This document shows, in pieces, positions 20,230-31,400 of a stretch of 64,000 nucleotides of DNA. The position numbers and the translations under genes were made by a program. The first letter of the stretch is position 1, and every line of letters begins with the position of its first letter. The notes under the pieces were generated by a model that did no database searches, was not told the origin of the DNA, and saw only the letters and a program-made list of their open reading frames with translations. Where the stretch lies: the NCBI GenBank assembly GCA_027490055.1, contig JAIXYV010000106.1, forward strand, positions 30,802 to 94,801, given 5' to 3'. This DNA comes from Bacteroidota bacterium (GTDB taxonomy: Bacteria > Bacteroidota > Bacteroidia > NS11-12g > UBA955).

Positions 20230-22397
20230 GGATTAGGGTTACGTTTTTTAAATTCAGCCAAACCATTTTCCAGGTATTTCAGGAACTCTTCGGTATCGAA
20301 TTGCTTTTTATTGATTTCGCTACCAACAGGAGTTTGAAGAAGATTTTCTTTACCATCCAGTAAGCAATATAGAGGTTGAGAAGTAGCACCGAAGTAGCAT
20401 ATTTCAATTTCGGCATTTTTCTTACCGAGTGTAGTGATTTTCTTTTTGCTATATCTGCCAATGAATTGTTCAGAGGCTGGCAGTTGTATGGTTTTGTCGT
20501 CTACATAGAGAGAAGCGATTACAAATTCTTCGCGCAGCATTTTAAGCACACGCGGATCACTCCATACCATTTCTTCCATTTTACGACAGTTAACGCAACC
20601 GTGACCGGTAAAGTCGATGAACAAAGGTTTCTTTAGTTCTTTAGAGCAACTAACAGCTTCATCATAGTCATAATAGCCGTTGAGTCCATGAGGCAGGTGA
20701 AGTTTATCGGCATAGCTAGGTTTTTTGCAGATATTACCGCTTAGACCATTAGCATCTCTGATGCTTCTATTGATATCAAATTCCTGAGTACTCATTGGCG
20801 GCAGGTAGCCTGAAAGGTATTTCAATGGTGCACCCCAAAGACCAGGGATCATGTACACCACAAAAGACAGAACTAAAACACCCATTAGGAGGCGAGGCAC
20901 TTTCAGGAACTTAAGATCGGAGTCGTGGGCAAATTTTAATTTACCTAAAAGGTACAAGCCCATCAGTCCGAAGATGATAATCCACAGTGCCAGATAGACA
21001 TCGCGGTTGAGGATATGCCAGTGGTAGGTTTGATCGGCGATGCTTAAAAACTTGAGGGCGAAAGCCAGTTCAAGAAAACCGATACATACTTTAACACTAT
21101 TGAGCCAGCCTCCGCTTTTAGGCAGAGAATTGAGCCATGATGGGAAGAGCGCGAATAGTGTAAACGGCAGGGCAAAGGCCAGACCGAAACCAAACATAGC
21201 AACAACTGGTCTTAGAAATTCACCACCAGCACTTTTTACGAGTACGTTACCAACGATTGGTCCGGTACAAGAAAAAGACACAATTGCCAGGGTGAGGGCC
21301 ATAAAGAAGGCACCGTAGTATCCACCTTTATCCGCTTCGCGGTCGGCTTTATTGGCGATAGACGAAGGCAGAACGATTTCGAAAGCACCAAAGAAAGAGA
21401 AGGCAAAAATAATAAAGATGACAAAGAAGAGAATATTGGGTAACCAGTGGGTTGAAATCACATTACCGGCGTCGGCACCAAAAGCAAAAGCTACAATGGT
21501 ACCAAGAACTGTGTAGATAAAGATGATTGAAAGTCCGAAGAACATGGCGGTAAGACGGGCTTTCAGTTTACCGCGTTTATCGTTGGTAAAGAAGGCCACG
21601 GTCATAGGGATCATTGGGAACACGCAAGGTGTAAGCAGACCGACTAAGCCAGAGAGGAAGGCAAGAAGAAACAGGCCCCAGTAGTCGACATTATCGGTAT
21701 CGGCGCCCTGACCATTAAAAGTTTTTTTAACGCAAGCGGCGGTATCAGCAAAGCTTGAGAGTTTATAATTGCAAGAAGGACAATCAGAGTTGGTGGTATC
21801 AGCAGGAGAGACGGCGGGGTTAGCTGGAATAATTGCAGCAGTATCGGCAGGCACTACCTCAGGTTCGGCAGACGTTTCAGCGGTTTGATCGCAGGTCATT
21901 TCCTTGCCAGAGGCGGTAAATCCGGCAGAGAAGCGCAAAGGATTCATCATACCAAAGTTAAAGCAGGTACTTTCTGTGCACCATTGACCCTCGTATGTTC
22001 CAGAGATTTTTCCAGTATTTTTAATGACCTTTATTTTCTGACGGAATTCAGCTTTATTGAAGAATTCGCCCACTTCACATTTGAAGATTTCGTCCATGAA
22101 GTGCTTATCGCCAACGCTGTAAAGCTCACCGACTTTGCAGAACGCTTTTGAATCGTCGAAGTTAATAACGAATTTAAGCGGACCGAATTCACATTTGCTG
22201 TAGGTACTGTATAGATGAAATCCAGCAGGAATATCACATTTAAAGATCACTTCAATAACATCACCGGTTTTGGGGTTATTATTACTAAAGGACACTTTAA
22301 GGACAGGAGGAGCTGGTTCGGCAGGCGCTTGAGCGAGCACAGAGCTTGAAACAAGGAGCGTAATCAGGCTTAAACAGAAAAGTTTAAATTGATGCAT
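20226..22397 (-). CDS. dsbD: Thiol:disulfide interchange protein DsbD (N-terminal DsbD-alpha domain, central TM transporter with CxxC, C-terminal thioredoxin-like domain)
   Basis: The product has a signal peptide, a central 8-TM region with [10 protein letters not shown], and a C-terminal thioredoxin fold with [13 protein letters not shown]. Its stop overlaps the gmhA start (ATGA). Confidence 0.85.
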   Translation of the reverse strand: MHQFKLFCLSLITLLVSSSVLAQAPAEPAPPVLKVSFSNNNPKTGDVIEVIFKCDIPAGFHLYSTYSKCEFGPLKFVINFDDSKAFCKVGELYSVGDKHFMDEIFKCEVGEFFNKAEFRQKIKVIKNTGKISGTYEGQWCTESTCFNFGMMNPLRFSAGFTASGKEMTCDQTAETSAEPEVVPADTAAIIPANPAVSPADTTNSDCPSCNYKLSSFADTAACVKKTFNGQGADTDNVDYWGLFLLAFLSGLVGLLTPCVFPMIPMTVAFFTNDKRGKLKARLTAMFFGLSIIFIYTVLGTIVAFAFGADAGNVISTHWLPNILFFVIFIIFAFSFFGAFEIVLPSSIANKADREADKGGYYGAFFMALTLAIVSFSCTGPIVGNVLVKSAGGEFLRPVVAMFGFGLAFALPFTLFALFPSWLNSLPKSGGWLNSVKVCIGFLELAFALKFLSIADQTYHWHILNRDVYLALWIIIFGLMGLYLLGKLKFAHDSDLKFLKVPRLLMGVLVLSFVVYMIPGLWGAPLKYLSGYLPPMSTQEFDINRSIRDANGLSGNICKKPSYADKLHLPHGLNGYYDYDEAVSCSKELKKPLFIDFTGHGCVNCRKMEEMVWSDPRVLKMLREEFVIASLYVDDKTIQLPASEQFIGRYSKKKITTLGKKNAEIEICYFGATSQPLYCLLDGKENLLQTPVGSEINKKQFDTEEFLKYLENGLAEFKKRNPNP

Positions 22398-22555
22398 AAT
22401 AAATATATGGGTTACAAAAATAAGGGACTTAATTGGAGAAACAATAAAATTAGGGTAGAGTGAAATTTTAGCGGATTAAATAGCGTTTATAGTATATATG
22501 TTGACAAAAATAAGGGCTAAAAAGTTGTCTGAGGTATAAATTTGTAGGTTTAGGT

Positions 22556-23794
22556 ATGAAAAAGAGTCTTTCTGCATTTGTTCTCGTGTTGATGAGTACG
22601 TTGGTTTTACGGTCGCAAACCCAGACCATAAAACAGTATATTGATAGTTTCAAGCAGGTGGCCATGATAGAAATGGTAGAGTACAAGATACCGGCGAGTA
22701 TTACATTGGCGCAGGGACTATTGGAGAGTGGCAGTGGGAATAGCAGGTTAGCCAAGCAGGGAAATAACCATTTCGGTATAAAGTGTAAAAAAGACTGGAC
22801 AGGTTGTACGATATTAGAAGACGATGATGCTTTACAAGAGTGTTTCAGGTGTTACAAGACCGCAGAAGAGAGTTATAAGGATCATTCGAGATTTTTAAAA
22901 GAGAATAAGCGCTATGCAGCTTTGTTTCAATTAAGCATAACGGATTATAAGGGATGGGCTGCTGGATTATTAGCGGCTGGGTATGCTACCAATCAGAAGT
23001 ATTCAGAGTTATTAATCAGAACCATAGAGAAAAACGGCTTAGCCAGTTTTGATACATTAATTGTAAACGGTTTTAATCCTTATTCGACCGTAGTTCCGGC
23101 CAAGATAGAGATAGTAGATAATAAAGTACCTTCTACAGTAGTGCAGCCAAATCAGACAGTGAGCAGTATTGCAGAGGCCAGTGACAAGACCGCTAGGAAG
23201 ATTAGCAAGTACAATGATTTAACGTATCACAAGCAGATAGAGCCTGGGGATGTATTATATTTAAAACCAAAGAAGCGCAAGGCAAGTGTAGAGAGTCACA
23301 AGGTCGGCGAGGGAGAGACCATGTGGGAGATATCACAGAAGTATGCTATAAAGATCAACTCCTTATATAAGAAGAATTTGATGGTGCCTGGTACAGAGCC
23401 AAAGGCTGGAGTTGTATTGCAGCTGCAGAGCAAGGCCGCATCGAGGCCAGATACAGGCAGGGTAGAGTTAAAGAAAGAAATGGAGAATGAATACCATACG
23501 GTAGGTGCCGGTGAGACCTTATATAGTATAAGCAGGATTTATGGGATTAAGGTTGAGGAACTGATTGCTATGAATAGCATTATTAATAATCAGATACAAC
23601 CTGGGCAGAGGTTACTAGTTAAAAAGACTCAGGGGGCACAAACAGGAAGTGTCAAGCACACAGTTCAGGCTGGAGAAACATTATACAGTATATCAAAGCG
23701 TTACAATGTAACGGTATCATCAATAAAGAGTATTAACAATTTGACAAGCGATAGTTTAACTATTGGTCAGGTTTTAGAAATACAAAAGCCTTAG
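22556..23794 (+). CDS. Secreted mannosyl-glycoprotein endo-beta-N-acetylglucosaminidase (FlgJ-like glucosaminidase domain) with three C-terminal LysM domains
   Basis: The product has a signal peptide. The glucosaminidase region is ...ITLAQGLLESGSGNSRLAKQGNNHFGIKC...YATNQKYSELLI. The LysM repeats are HKVGEGETMWEISQKY, YHTVGAGETLYSISRIYG and HTVQAGETLYSISKRYN. Confidence 0.8.
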   Translation: MKKSLSAFVLVLMSTLVLRSQTQTIKQYIDSFKQVAMIEMVEYKIPASITLAQGLLESGSGNSRLAKQGNNHFGIKCKKDWTGCTILEDDDALQECFRCYKTAEESYKDHSRFLKENKRYAALFQLSITDYKGWAAGLLAAGYATNQKYSELLIRTIEKNGLASFDTLIVNGFNPYSTVVPAKIEIVDNKVPSTVVQPNQTVSSIAEASDKTARKISKYNDLTYHKQIEPGDVLYLKPKKRKASVESHKVGEGETMWEISQKYAIKINSLYKKNLMVPGTEPKAGVVLQLQSKAASRPDTGRVELKKEMENEYHTVGAGETLYSISRIYGIKVEELIAMNSIINNQIQPGQRLLVKKTQGAQTGSVKHTVQAGETLYSISKRYNVTVSSIKSINNLTSDSLTIGQVLEIQKP

Positions 23795-23945
23795 AGCATT
23801 CTATTTACTTACTTTCAAGGCATTAAGGTTAGAAAAACCTTCAATATCATTTTTTTGTCATTTTAAGGGTTAAATACTAAAATAAATTTTTTTTATTTGA
23901 TAACTTGTTTATTTTTGGACCAAAATAATTATTAGAATTCGCATT

Positions 23946-26900
23946 ATGAAAAGATTAATTACAAATTTAAAGGCTCTGAAACTCATGCTAGCGGCCCCGT
24001 TATTGGGACTGTTTGGTATGACAGCCAGTGCTCAAGCGCCGTGGTGTGACGGATTTCACATGTACAACAACACGACTTACTACTCGTCGTCTAACTACAT
24101 CTTTGCATTAGATCAAATTAGAATCAGCAGTGGTGGTACTGTGTTGTTCAATGTTCCAGCAGATGGATTCAGCGGTGGTAGCACTTGCGGATCTGAATGG
24201 AGATTAGCTAACCCTACTTCAAGAGCGATCGACCTGACAGCAGGTAACTCTTACACAGTAGAGGCTAGTGGATCAAGTGGATCTTATGCTTACGGTGGAT
24301 CTATTGGTGTTTTCGTTGACTACAACAACGACAAAGACTTTTTAGATGCTGGTGAGTATCAAGGTGCATTCACAGTACCTGGTACTGTTCAGACTCCATC
24401 TACTTTAGGTTCAAGAACTTTTACAGTTCCTTGTAACATTACTCCAAGTGCAACTAGATTGCGTGTAGTTGGTAACTATTCTGGTTATCCAATGAACCAA
24501 TCTTATGGTTGTTCTACATGTAGTGGACCTCCTTATTATGGTGAGACTGTTGACTTTTCAATCAACTTAGTATTACCTACAAGTGTATCTGCTAACTTTA
24601 TCGCTCCAACTAACACTTGGGTTAAAGTAGTTAACAAATTCATCAACAGCAATCAGTCTGGTTACACAGAACATGCATGGGATGCTAACAACGATGGTTC
24701 TTATGAGCAAAGAAGCGTAGTTCCAAACTACAGCAATCCTCAGTTCATGTGGACTACTCCAGGTACTAAATGTGTTAAATTGAGATCTACTAACTGTTTA
24801 GGTAGAGATTCAATCGTAAAATGTTTCAACGTTCAATCTCCTACTGCAGTTCCTGTAGTGGATTTTGTTGCTGACAGAGTAACTATCGAGCAATACCAGT
24901 CAATGAGATTGTTTGACTTATCTACTAACGGTCCTTGGTCATGGACTTGGGATGTATATGATTCAACTACATATGCTTCATCAGGTTACTATCCAAACTT
25001 AACAGATGGTGATTTATATTCAGATCCATGGGGTAACGGTAACAATGAGTTCACTCAGAATCCTGAGTTTGCTTTTGACATCCCAGGTTGCTATACTATC
25101 GTAATGACTTGTAAGAACGACGTTGGTCCTTCTGCAACAAAAAGAAAAGTATGTTATGTAACAGTAACATTACCTACACAATATAACTTAGGTTATGGTA
25201 CTTATGGTCCTAACAACGATAACGTAGTTGGTAGCACTAGTGGTACTATCTTCGATGATGGTGGTCCAAATCTTAACTATGGTAACAACCAAGGTTTAGG
25301 TTCACGTTCATTCTTACAAATCACACCTTGTAATGCAAAGAAAATTGTATTAACAATGTCAAGATTGAAGTTCAAAGATGCTGGTGACAAATTAAGCGTT
25401 TGGGATGGTAAATCTCCAGGCGGTCCTGGTACTACATTACTTGCTACTTGGTCAGTTGGTGCAAAAGCGCCTCAGAAAGTAACTGCAACCAGCGGTAGCA
25501 TGTATTTATTATTTGAAGCTGATGCAGCTGGTGTAGACTCAGGTTATGCTGGTTCTTACACTTCAGAACTTGGCCCAGCTACTTTACCTAGTCCAGCATT
25601 CACACCTAACACTGTACCTAGCTACAACAGCACACCTGTTAAGTTCACCAACACTACTCAAAACATTGTGGGTGTACCTACATGGGAATGGACAATTGAT
25701 GGTGCTCAGGTTGCCAACAATACTAAAAAAGACTTCAACTACACCTTCTACACAGATGGTCAGTATGATGTTTGTTTAGAAATCAAATCTTGTGTTGGTA
25801 ACAACAAATCTTGCCAAAAGATTGATGTTATCACTCCAAACACTCAAACCAGCTTAGACTTTATCGCTACAAACCGTCGTCCGAACATCAACGTAGATTT
25901 CTCTACATTGATCCCGGTTTCAGATAATGCTAACAGATTCGAGTGGACAATCTTCCCGACTTCTTACACTTTAATGAACCCACCAGCTTCTCCATCTACT
26001 TACGGTGCAGGTTTCGTTAAATACAATGCAACTCCTGGTGATTCAATTCCAAAACCAAGACTGAAGTTTACAGCTCCTGGTTGTTACACAATCACTTTGA
26101 AAGCATACAATTCATTAGATCCTACCAATACTTCTAGAACAATTGTTAAAAACAAATTCATTTGCGCTCTAGACTATTGCAAACCATCTTCTTACATTTT
26201 AAGTTCAGACGTAGGAATCAACAGAGTACGTATTGTTGATGGAACTACTGACCTGATCAACAACTATTCTACTTCAGGTGACGTTGCTTACACTGATTAC
26301 AGTGCAACTGTAAAAGCTAACTTAACTTATGGTAAAACATACACTTTAGAAGTATCAAGAACTAGCAACGTTGACCCAGCTAACAGAAAAGGTTGGATTG
26401 ACTGGAACATCGACGGTGACTTTGATGATGCAGGTGAGCAGATTTTCTTCGAAACCAGCACATACAATCAAGTTTACACTACTACATTCACTGTTCCTGC
26501 ATTGTCAGCTTCATTTGAAGGTTTAACTAAAATGCGTATTGCAGCTAACTATAACAACGAAAGCACTACTGCTTGTGGTCCAATCACAGCTGGTGAATAC
26601 GAAGATTACGGTTTAGTATTAGCAAACGACAATACACCTCCAGTAATTACCTTAACAGGTAGCGATACTGTAAGAATCGAGGTAGGTTCTTCATACACTG
26701 ATGCTGGTGCAACTGCATTCGATGCTTCAGAAGGTAACATCACAGGTAACCTTGTAATGACTACTGACTTAGATGCAGCAGTAACAGGTTTATACACTGT
26801 TGAGTACAACGTAACTGACAAATCTGGTAACAAAGCAGTTCCTGCTATCCGTACCATCATTGTTGTTAACGACTTAACAAAACCAATCTTAACTCTGAAC

Positions 26901-28139
26901 CCAGGTGCTCCTGGTTGTATCGAGGCTGACAGAGACAATCTGCCATATGTTGATCCAGGTGCAACTGCAACTGACAACAAAGCGCCTTTCAATCTGACAT
27001 CTTCTATTGTAACTTCAGGTTCTGTTGATACAAGAACAATTGGCAACTATGTAATCACTTACTATGTACAAGACGTAGCTGGTAACTCTGTAACTAAAAC
27101 AAGAAACGTTTGTGTTGAAGATACCAAAAAGCCTACTATCTTATCTTTAGGTGATACTTCAGTTCAAATTGGTAGTGTTTGGTTAGATCAGACTTCAGTT
27201 GAAGACAGATATGACAACAACCCAGTATTAACTAAAGAGTGGGGCTTCAACGGTCCGGTTAACACTTTAGTAAGAAGAACTTACCCTGTAACCTACTATG
27301 CAGTAGATCAAAGCGGTAACCAAGCTACTCCAGTAGTGAGAAACTACAGAGTTGACGACTTCATTGCTCCAGTTATTAGCTTAAACACTTTTGACATTGT
27401 AAACCATGAAGTAAGAACTCCATACAATTCAGTTGCTGCTTCAGTAACTGATAACTACTACCCAGCTGGTCAAGTAAGTTTAGTGAAAATTTCTAGCAAC
27501 GTTAACCCTAACGTATTAGGAACTTACACTGAAGTATTTGAAGCTATCGACGGTTCTGGTAACGTTACAACTAAAACAAGAACTGTTATGGTTGTTGATA
27601 CAAAAGCTCCAAGAATCTGGGGTGAAATCATCCACGGTTGCGTAGGTGAAAACATCTGGCCAATGTGGGGTATTTCAACTACTGACAACTACTACAGTCC
27701 AGCTCAGTTGAAGCCACTTGTTGAGGTTGTTAACCAAAACGTAAATATTTGGGAAGAAGGTATCTACACTATCACTTACAGAGTAACTGATCCAAGTGGA
27801 AATACTTCTAACGAATTCACTAGAATGGTATACTTCACCTACTGGCCTAAATGTACTAACAGTACAGTATCAGTTGATGATTTAAAATCAGTAGAAGAAA
27901 GAGTAAGCGTATACCCTAACCCAAGTAACGGTATCGTAAACATCGACCTGCAAGGTGCATTAGTACAAACTGCAACACTTGAAGTTTACAATGCTATGGG
28001 TCAGTTAGTAGTAAGCAAAAACTACAACGAAGTAAGCGGTAAATTTGATGTAGACTTAAGCGGTAATGCAGCTGGTGTTTACACTATCAAGTTAATTGCT
28101 AACGGCGAAGTAGTAACTAAGCGCGTAGTACTTCAGTAA
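23946..28139 (+). CDS. T9SS cargo protein, paralog A (1397 aa): signal peptide, N-terminal GEVED-type module, CUB-like domain, second GEVED region, 5 Ig-like (DUF5011/HYR-type) repeats and a T9SS type A C-terminal sorting domain
   Basis: The sorting domain is ...VSVYPNPSNGIVNIDLQGALVQTATLEVYNAMGQLV...AGVYTIKLIANGEVVTKRVVLQ. GEVED-like motifs are present (GETVDFSINL, GEYEDYGLVL). The Ig-like repeats start PPVITLTGSDTVRIEVGSSYTDAGATAFDASEGNITG... Confidence 0.85.
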   Translation: MKRLITNLKALKLMLAAPLLGLFGMTASAQAPWCDGFHMYNNTTYYSSSNYIFALDQIRISSGGTVLFNVPADGFSGGSTCGSEWRLANPTSRAIDLTAGNSYTVEASGSSGSYAYGGSIGVFVDYNNDKDFLDAGEYQGAFTVPGTVQTPSTLGSRTFTVPCNITPSATRLRVVGNYSGYPMNQSYGCSTCSGPPYYGETVDFSINLVLPTSVSANFIAPTNTWVKVVNKFINSNQSGYTEHAWDANNDGSYEQRSVVPNYSNPQFMWTTPGTKCVKLRSTNCLGRDSIVKCFNVQSPTAVPVVDFVADRVTIEQYQSMRLFDLSTNGPWSWTWDVYDSTTYASSGYYPNLTDGDLYSDPWGNGNNEFTQNPEFAFDIPGCYTIVMTCKNDVGPSATKRKVCYVTVTLPTQYNLGYGTYGPNNDNVVGSTSGTIFDDGGPNLNYGNNQGLGSRSFLQITPCNAKKIVLTMSRLKFKDAGDKLSVWDGKSPGGPGTTLLATWSVGAKAPQKVTATSGSMYLLFEADAAGVDSGYAGSYTSELGPATLPSPAFTPNTVPSYNSTPVKFTNTTQNIVGVPTWEWTIDGAQVANNTKKDFNYTFYTDGQYDVCLEIKSCVGNNKSCQKIDVITPNTQTSLDFIATNRRPNINVDFSTLIPVSDNANRFEWTIFPTSYTLMNPPASPSTYGAGFVKYNATPGDSIPKPRLKFTAPGCYTITLKAYNSLDPTNTSRTIVKNKFICALDYCKPSSYILSSDVGINRVRIVDGTTDLINNYSTSGDVAYTDYSATVKANLTYGKTYTLEVSRTSNVDPANRKGWIDWNIDGDFDDAGEQIFFETSTYNQVYTTTFTVPALSASFEGLTKMRIAANYNNESTTACGPITAGEYEDYGLVLANDNTPPVITLTGSDTVRIEVGSSYTDAGATAFDASEGNITGNLVMTTDLDAAVTGLYTVEYNVTDKSGNKAVPAIRTIIVVNDLTKPILTLNPGAPGCIEADRDNLPYVDPGATATDNKAPFNLTSSIVTSGSVDTRTIGNYVITYYVQDVAGNSVTKTRNVCVEDTKKPTILSLGDTSVQIGSVWLDQTSVEDRYDNNPVLTKEWGFNGPVNTLVRRTYPVTYYAVDQSGNQATPVVRNYRVDDFIAPVISLNTFDIVNHEVRTPYNSVAASVTDNYYPAGQVSLVKISSNVNPNVLGTYTEVFEAIDGSGNVTTKTRTVMVVDTKAPRIWGEIIHGCVGENIWPMWGISTTDNYYSPAQLKPLVEVVNQNVNIWEEGIYTITYRVTDPSGNTSNEFTRMVYFTYWPKCTNSTVSVDDLKSVEERVSVYPNPSNGIVNIDLQGALVQTATLEVYNAMGQLVVSKNYNEVSGKFDVDLSGNAAGVYTIKLIANGEVVTKRVVLQ

Positions 28140-28160
28140 TTAATCAATCATTCATAATAA

Positions 28161-28192
28161 AGCGCACCGGCTCTGGCTGGTGCGCTTTTTTT
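28161..28192 (+). terminator. Rho-independent terminator after paralog A
   Basis: The stem gcgcacc...ggtgcgc (7 bp plus extension) is followed by a T7 run. Confidence 0.7.
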
Positions 28193-28480
28193 ATGCAGTC
28201 ATTTTCCTGTCATATTAGTGTTGGAACCAAGTCATTTTTGTTAATTTTGATTTTATTTATTAAAAATATTATTACATTTGAATATTAAATCAATTGTAAT
28301 TGAATGTTGAACTTGTGATTTGAATCAATCATTTTATTTATATTTATTCTAAATAAGATATCAAGGTTTTGAAAAACAATTCTCTATACAGCTCATTTAT
28401 TAATAATTTAACTTTTTGCAACTATGTGAAAAAAAATTATTAAGAAATTGATATTAAATTGCCAACCTATTAAAAAAAAT

Positions 28481-31400
28481 ATGAATAAGTTTACTAATTA
28501 CTACAATGAAAAGATGGGCTTTGCCCGGTACTTTGTACTGGCATTGTTTCTTCTTTTAGGAGTCAGTACTGCATCTGCTCAGTATTGTGCATCCAACGCA
28601 ACATCAACGGCAGACGAGGATATCGCCTCGGTTTATTTGAAAGGTAACACGGTAACATTAAACAATGTTTCTGCTGCTCCAACCTGTCAGACATACACCG
28701 ATTGGACTGCCTTAACACCTGTTGATTTATCTGCAGGAAGACAGTATTCAATTGTTATCACTGAAAGTACTTGTAACGGTCACTATACTTATGCATGTAA
28801 TGCATGGATTGACTACAACAAGAACAATACTTTTGAGTCTGGTGAGGCTGTAGCTCCAACTTCTCAATCTAAAAATGGTGCTAACGCTGTATTTACTTAC
28901 ACTTGGACAGTACCATGTAACATCACACCTGGAAACACCAGAATGAGAGTTGTTATGATTGAGGGTGCGGTTTCAAACCCTTCAAGTGCCTGCGGTACTT
29001 ATACCTGGGGAGAGACTGAAGATTACACAGTTAACTTACAGTTACCAACCTCAGTGAATGCCAACTTTATCGCACCAAGTTCAGCTTGGGTAAAGGCGGT
29101 AGTTAAATTTATCAATCAGAACCCAACAGGGTATATTTCACATTCTTGGAATGCCAACAACGATGCCACTATCGAGGCTCCGAATAGCGTAAACTTTAAT
29201 TATACATGGACTACTCCAGGTAACAAATGTGTTAAATTAAAGTCTACAAACTGTTTGGGCTCTGATTCAATTGTTAAGTGTTTGAATGTTGTTGCACCAA
29301 CTGCAGTGCCTGTTGCGGATTTTGTTGCTGACAGAGTAACAATTGAGCAATATGGTTCAATGAGATTATATGATTTATCATCTAATGGTCCTTGGGATTG
29401 GACATGGGATGTTTATGATTCAACTACTTATGCCTCTTCAGGTTTCTATCCAAGTTTAGCAACAGGTGAGCTTTATTCAGATCCATGGGGTAATGGAAAC
29501 AATGAATTCTCACAGAATCCTGAGTTCGCATTCGACTATCCTGGTTGTTATACTATTGTATTGACAAGTAAGAACGATGTTGGCCCTTCAGTTACTAAAA
29601 GAAAAGTTTGTTATATAACAGTAACATTACCTACTCAATACAACTTAGGTTACGGTACTTATGGTCCTAACAACGACAACGTAGTTGGTAGTTCAGCAGG
29701 TACAATATTTGATGATGGCGGTCCGGGTTTAAACTATGGTAACAACCAAGGTTTAGGTTCACGTTCATTCCTTCAGATCACCCCATGTAACGCTAAAAAG
29801 ATCACTTTGAAAATGACAACTTTGAAATTCAAAGATGCGGGTGATAAATTAAGAGTTTGGGATGGTAAGACTCCAGGTGGTCCTGGTACAACATTATTAG
29901 CTACCTGGACCATGGGTTCAAAAGCTCCAGCAGCAGTAGTTGCTACCAGCGGTAGCATGTATTTATTATTTGAAGCAGATGCTGCAGGTGTAGATTCAGG
30001 TTATGCTGGTTCTTATACTTCAGAACTTGGTCCAGCTACTGTACCAGTTCCAGCTTTCTCTCCAAATTCAGTACCTAGCTATAACAGCACGCCAATATTC
30101 TTTACTAACACTACTCAAAATATTGTTGGTGTTCCTACATGGGAATGGACAATTGATGGCGCTCAGGTTAATAATAATACTGGCAAAGATTTCCGTTATA
30201 CTTTCTATACTGATGGTCAGTATGAAGTATGTGCTGAGATCAAATCTTGTGTTGGTAACAATAAGACTTGTAAAACCATTGATGTAATCACACCGAATCA
30301 ACAAACAATGTTGGATTTCACTGCTTCAAGCAGAAGACCTAACATTAACGTAGATATCGTATCATTGATTCCTTCAAGCGATAATGCTAACAGATTTGAG
30401 TGGACAATCTTCCCGACTTCTTATACTTTAATGAACCCACCAGCTTCTCCATCTACTTATGGAACTGGTTTCGTTAAATACAATGCAACTCCTGGTGATT
30501 CAATTCCAAAACCAAGACTGAAGTTTAATTCACCTGGTTGTTATACAATCACTTTGAAAGCTTACAATTCATTGGATCCTACCAATACTACAAAAACAGT
30601 AGTAAAGAATAAATTCATCTGTGCTTTAGACTATTGTTTACCTGCTTCTTACATCTTAAGTACTGATGTTGGAATCAACAGAGTTCGTGTTGTTGATGGT
30701 ACAAATGACCTTATCAATAACTACACTACATCTGGTGATGTATCTTATACTGATTATAGCAGCACTGTAAAAGCTAATTTAACATACGGTAAATCTTATA
30801 CTATTGAAGTATCAAGAACTGGAAATGTTGACCCGGCTAACAGAAAAGCTTGGATTGACTGGAACATCGACGGTGACTTTGATGATGCAGGTGAGCAAAT
30901 CCTTACTGAGTCTAGCTCTTACAACCAGGTTTACAGCACTACATTTACAGTACCAGCATTATCTGCTTCGTTTGAAGGTTCAACAAGATTACGTGTTGCT
31001 ACTAATTATAACAACGAAAATACTACTGCTTGTGGACCGATTACAGCTGGTGAGTACGAAGATTACGGTATCGTTTTAGCGAATGACAACATGCCTCCGG
31101 TCATTACTTTATTAGGTAGTGATACAGTGAGAATCGAAGTTGGTTCTAACTATACTGACGCTGGTGCAACTGCCTATGATGCTTCAGAAGGTAATATCAG
31201 CAGCAGTTTAGTAATGACTACTGACTTAGATGCAGCGGTTACAGGTTTATACACTGTAGAGTACAATGTAACGGACAAATCTGGCAACAGAGCAGTTCCG
31301 GCTATTCGTACAATCATTGTAGTTAACGACTTAACTAAGCCAATCTTAACGCTTAACCCAGGAACTTCTGGTTGTATTGAAGCAAGAAGAGATAATCTTC

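Noticed and set aside
23795-23945. Possible terminator after the LysM hydrolase gene (aaggttagaaaaacctt followed by a T-run)
   Set aside because: The stem is a 6-bp AT-rich pairing separated from the T-run, which is too weak to call. The region more likely holds the promoter of paralog A.
28448-28480. Upstream start (MILNCQPIKKN...) of paralog B as given in the ORF track
   Set aside because: The signal peptide begins after the internal Met (MNKFTNYY...FVLALFLLLGVSTASAQ), so the extra 11 codons are probably not translated. The start was moved to 28481.
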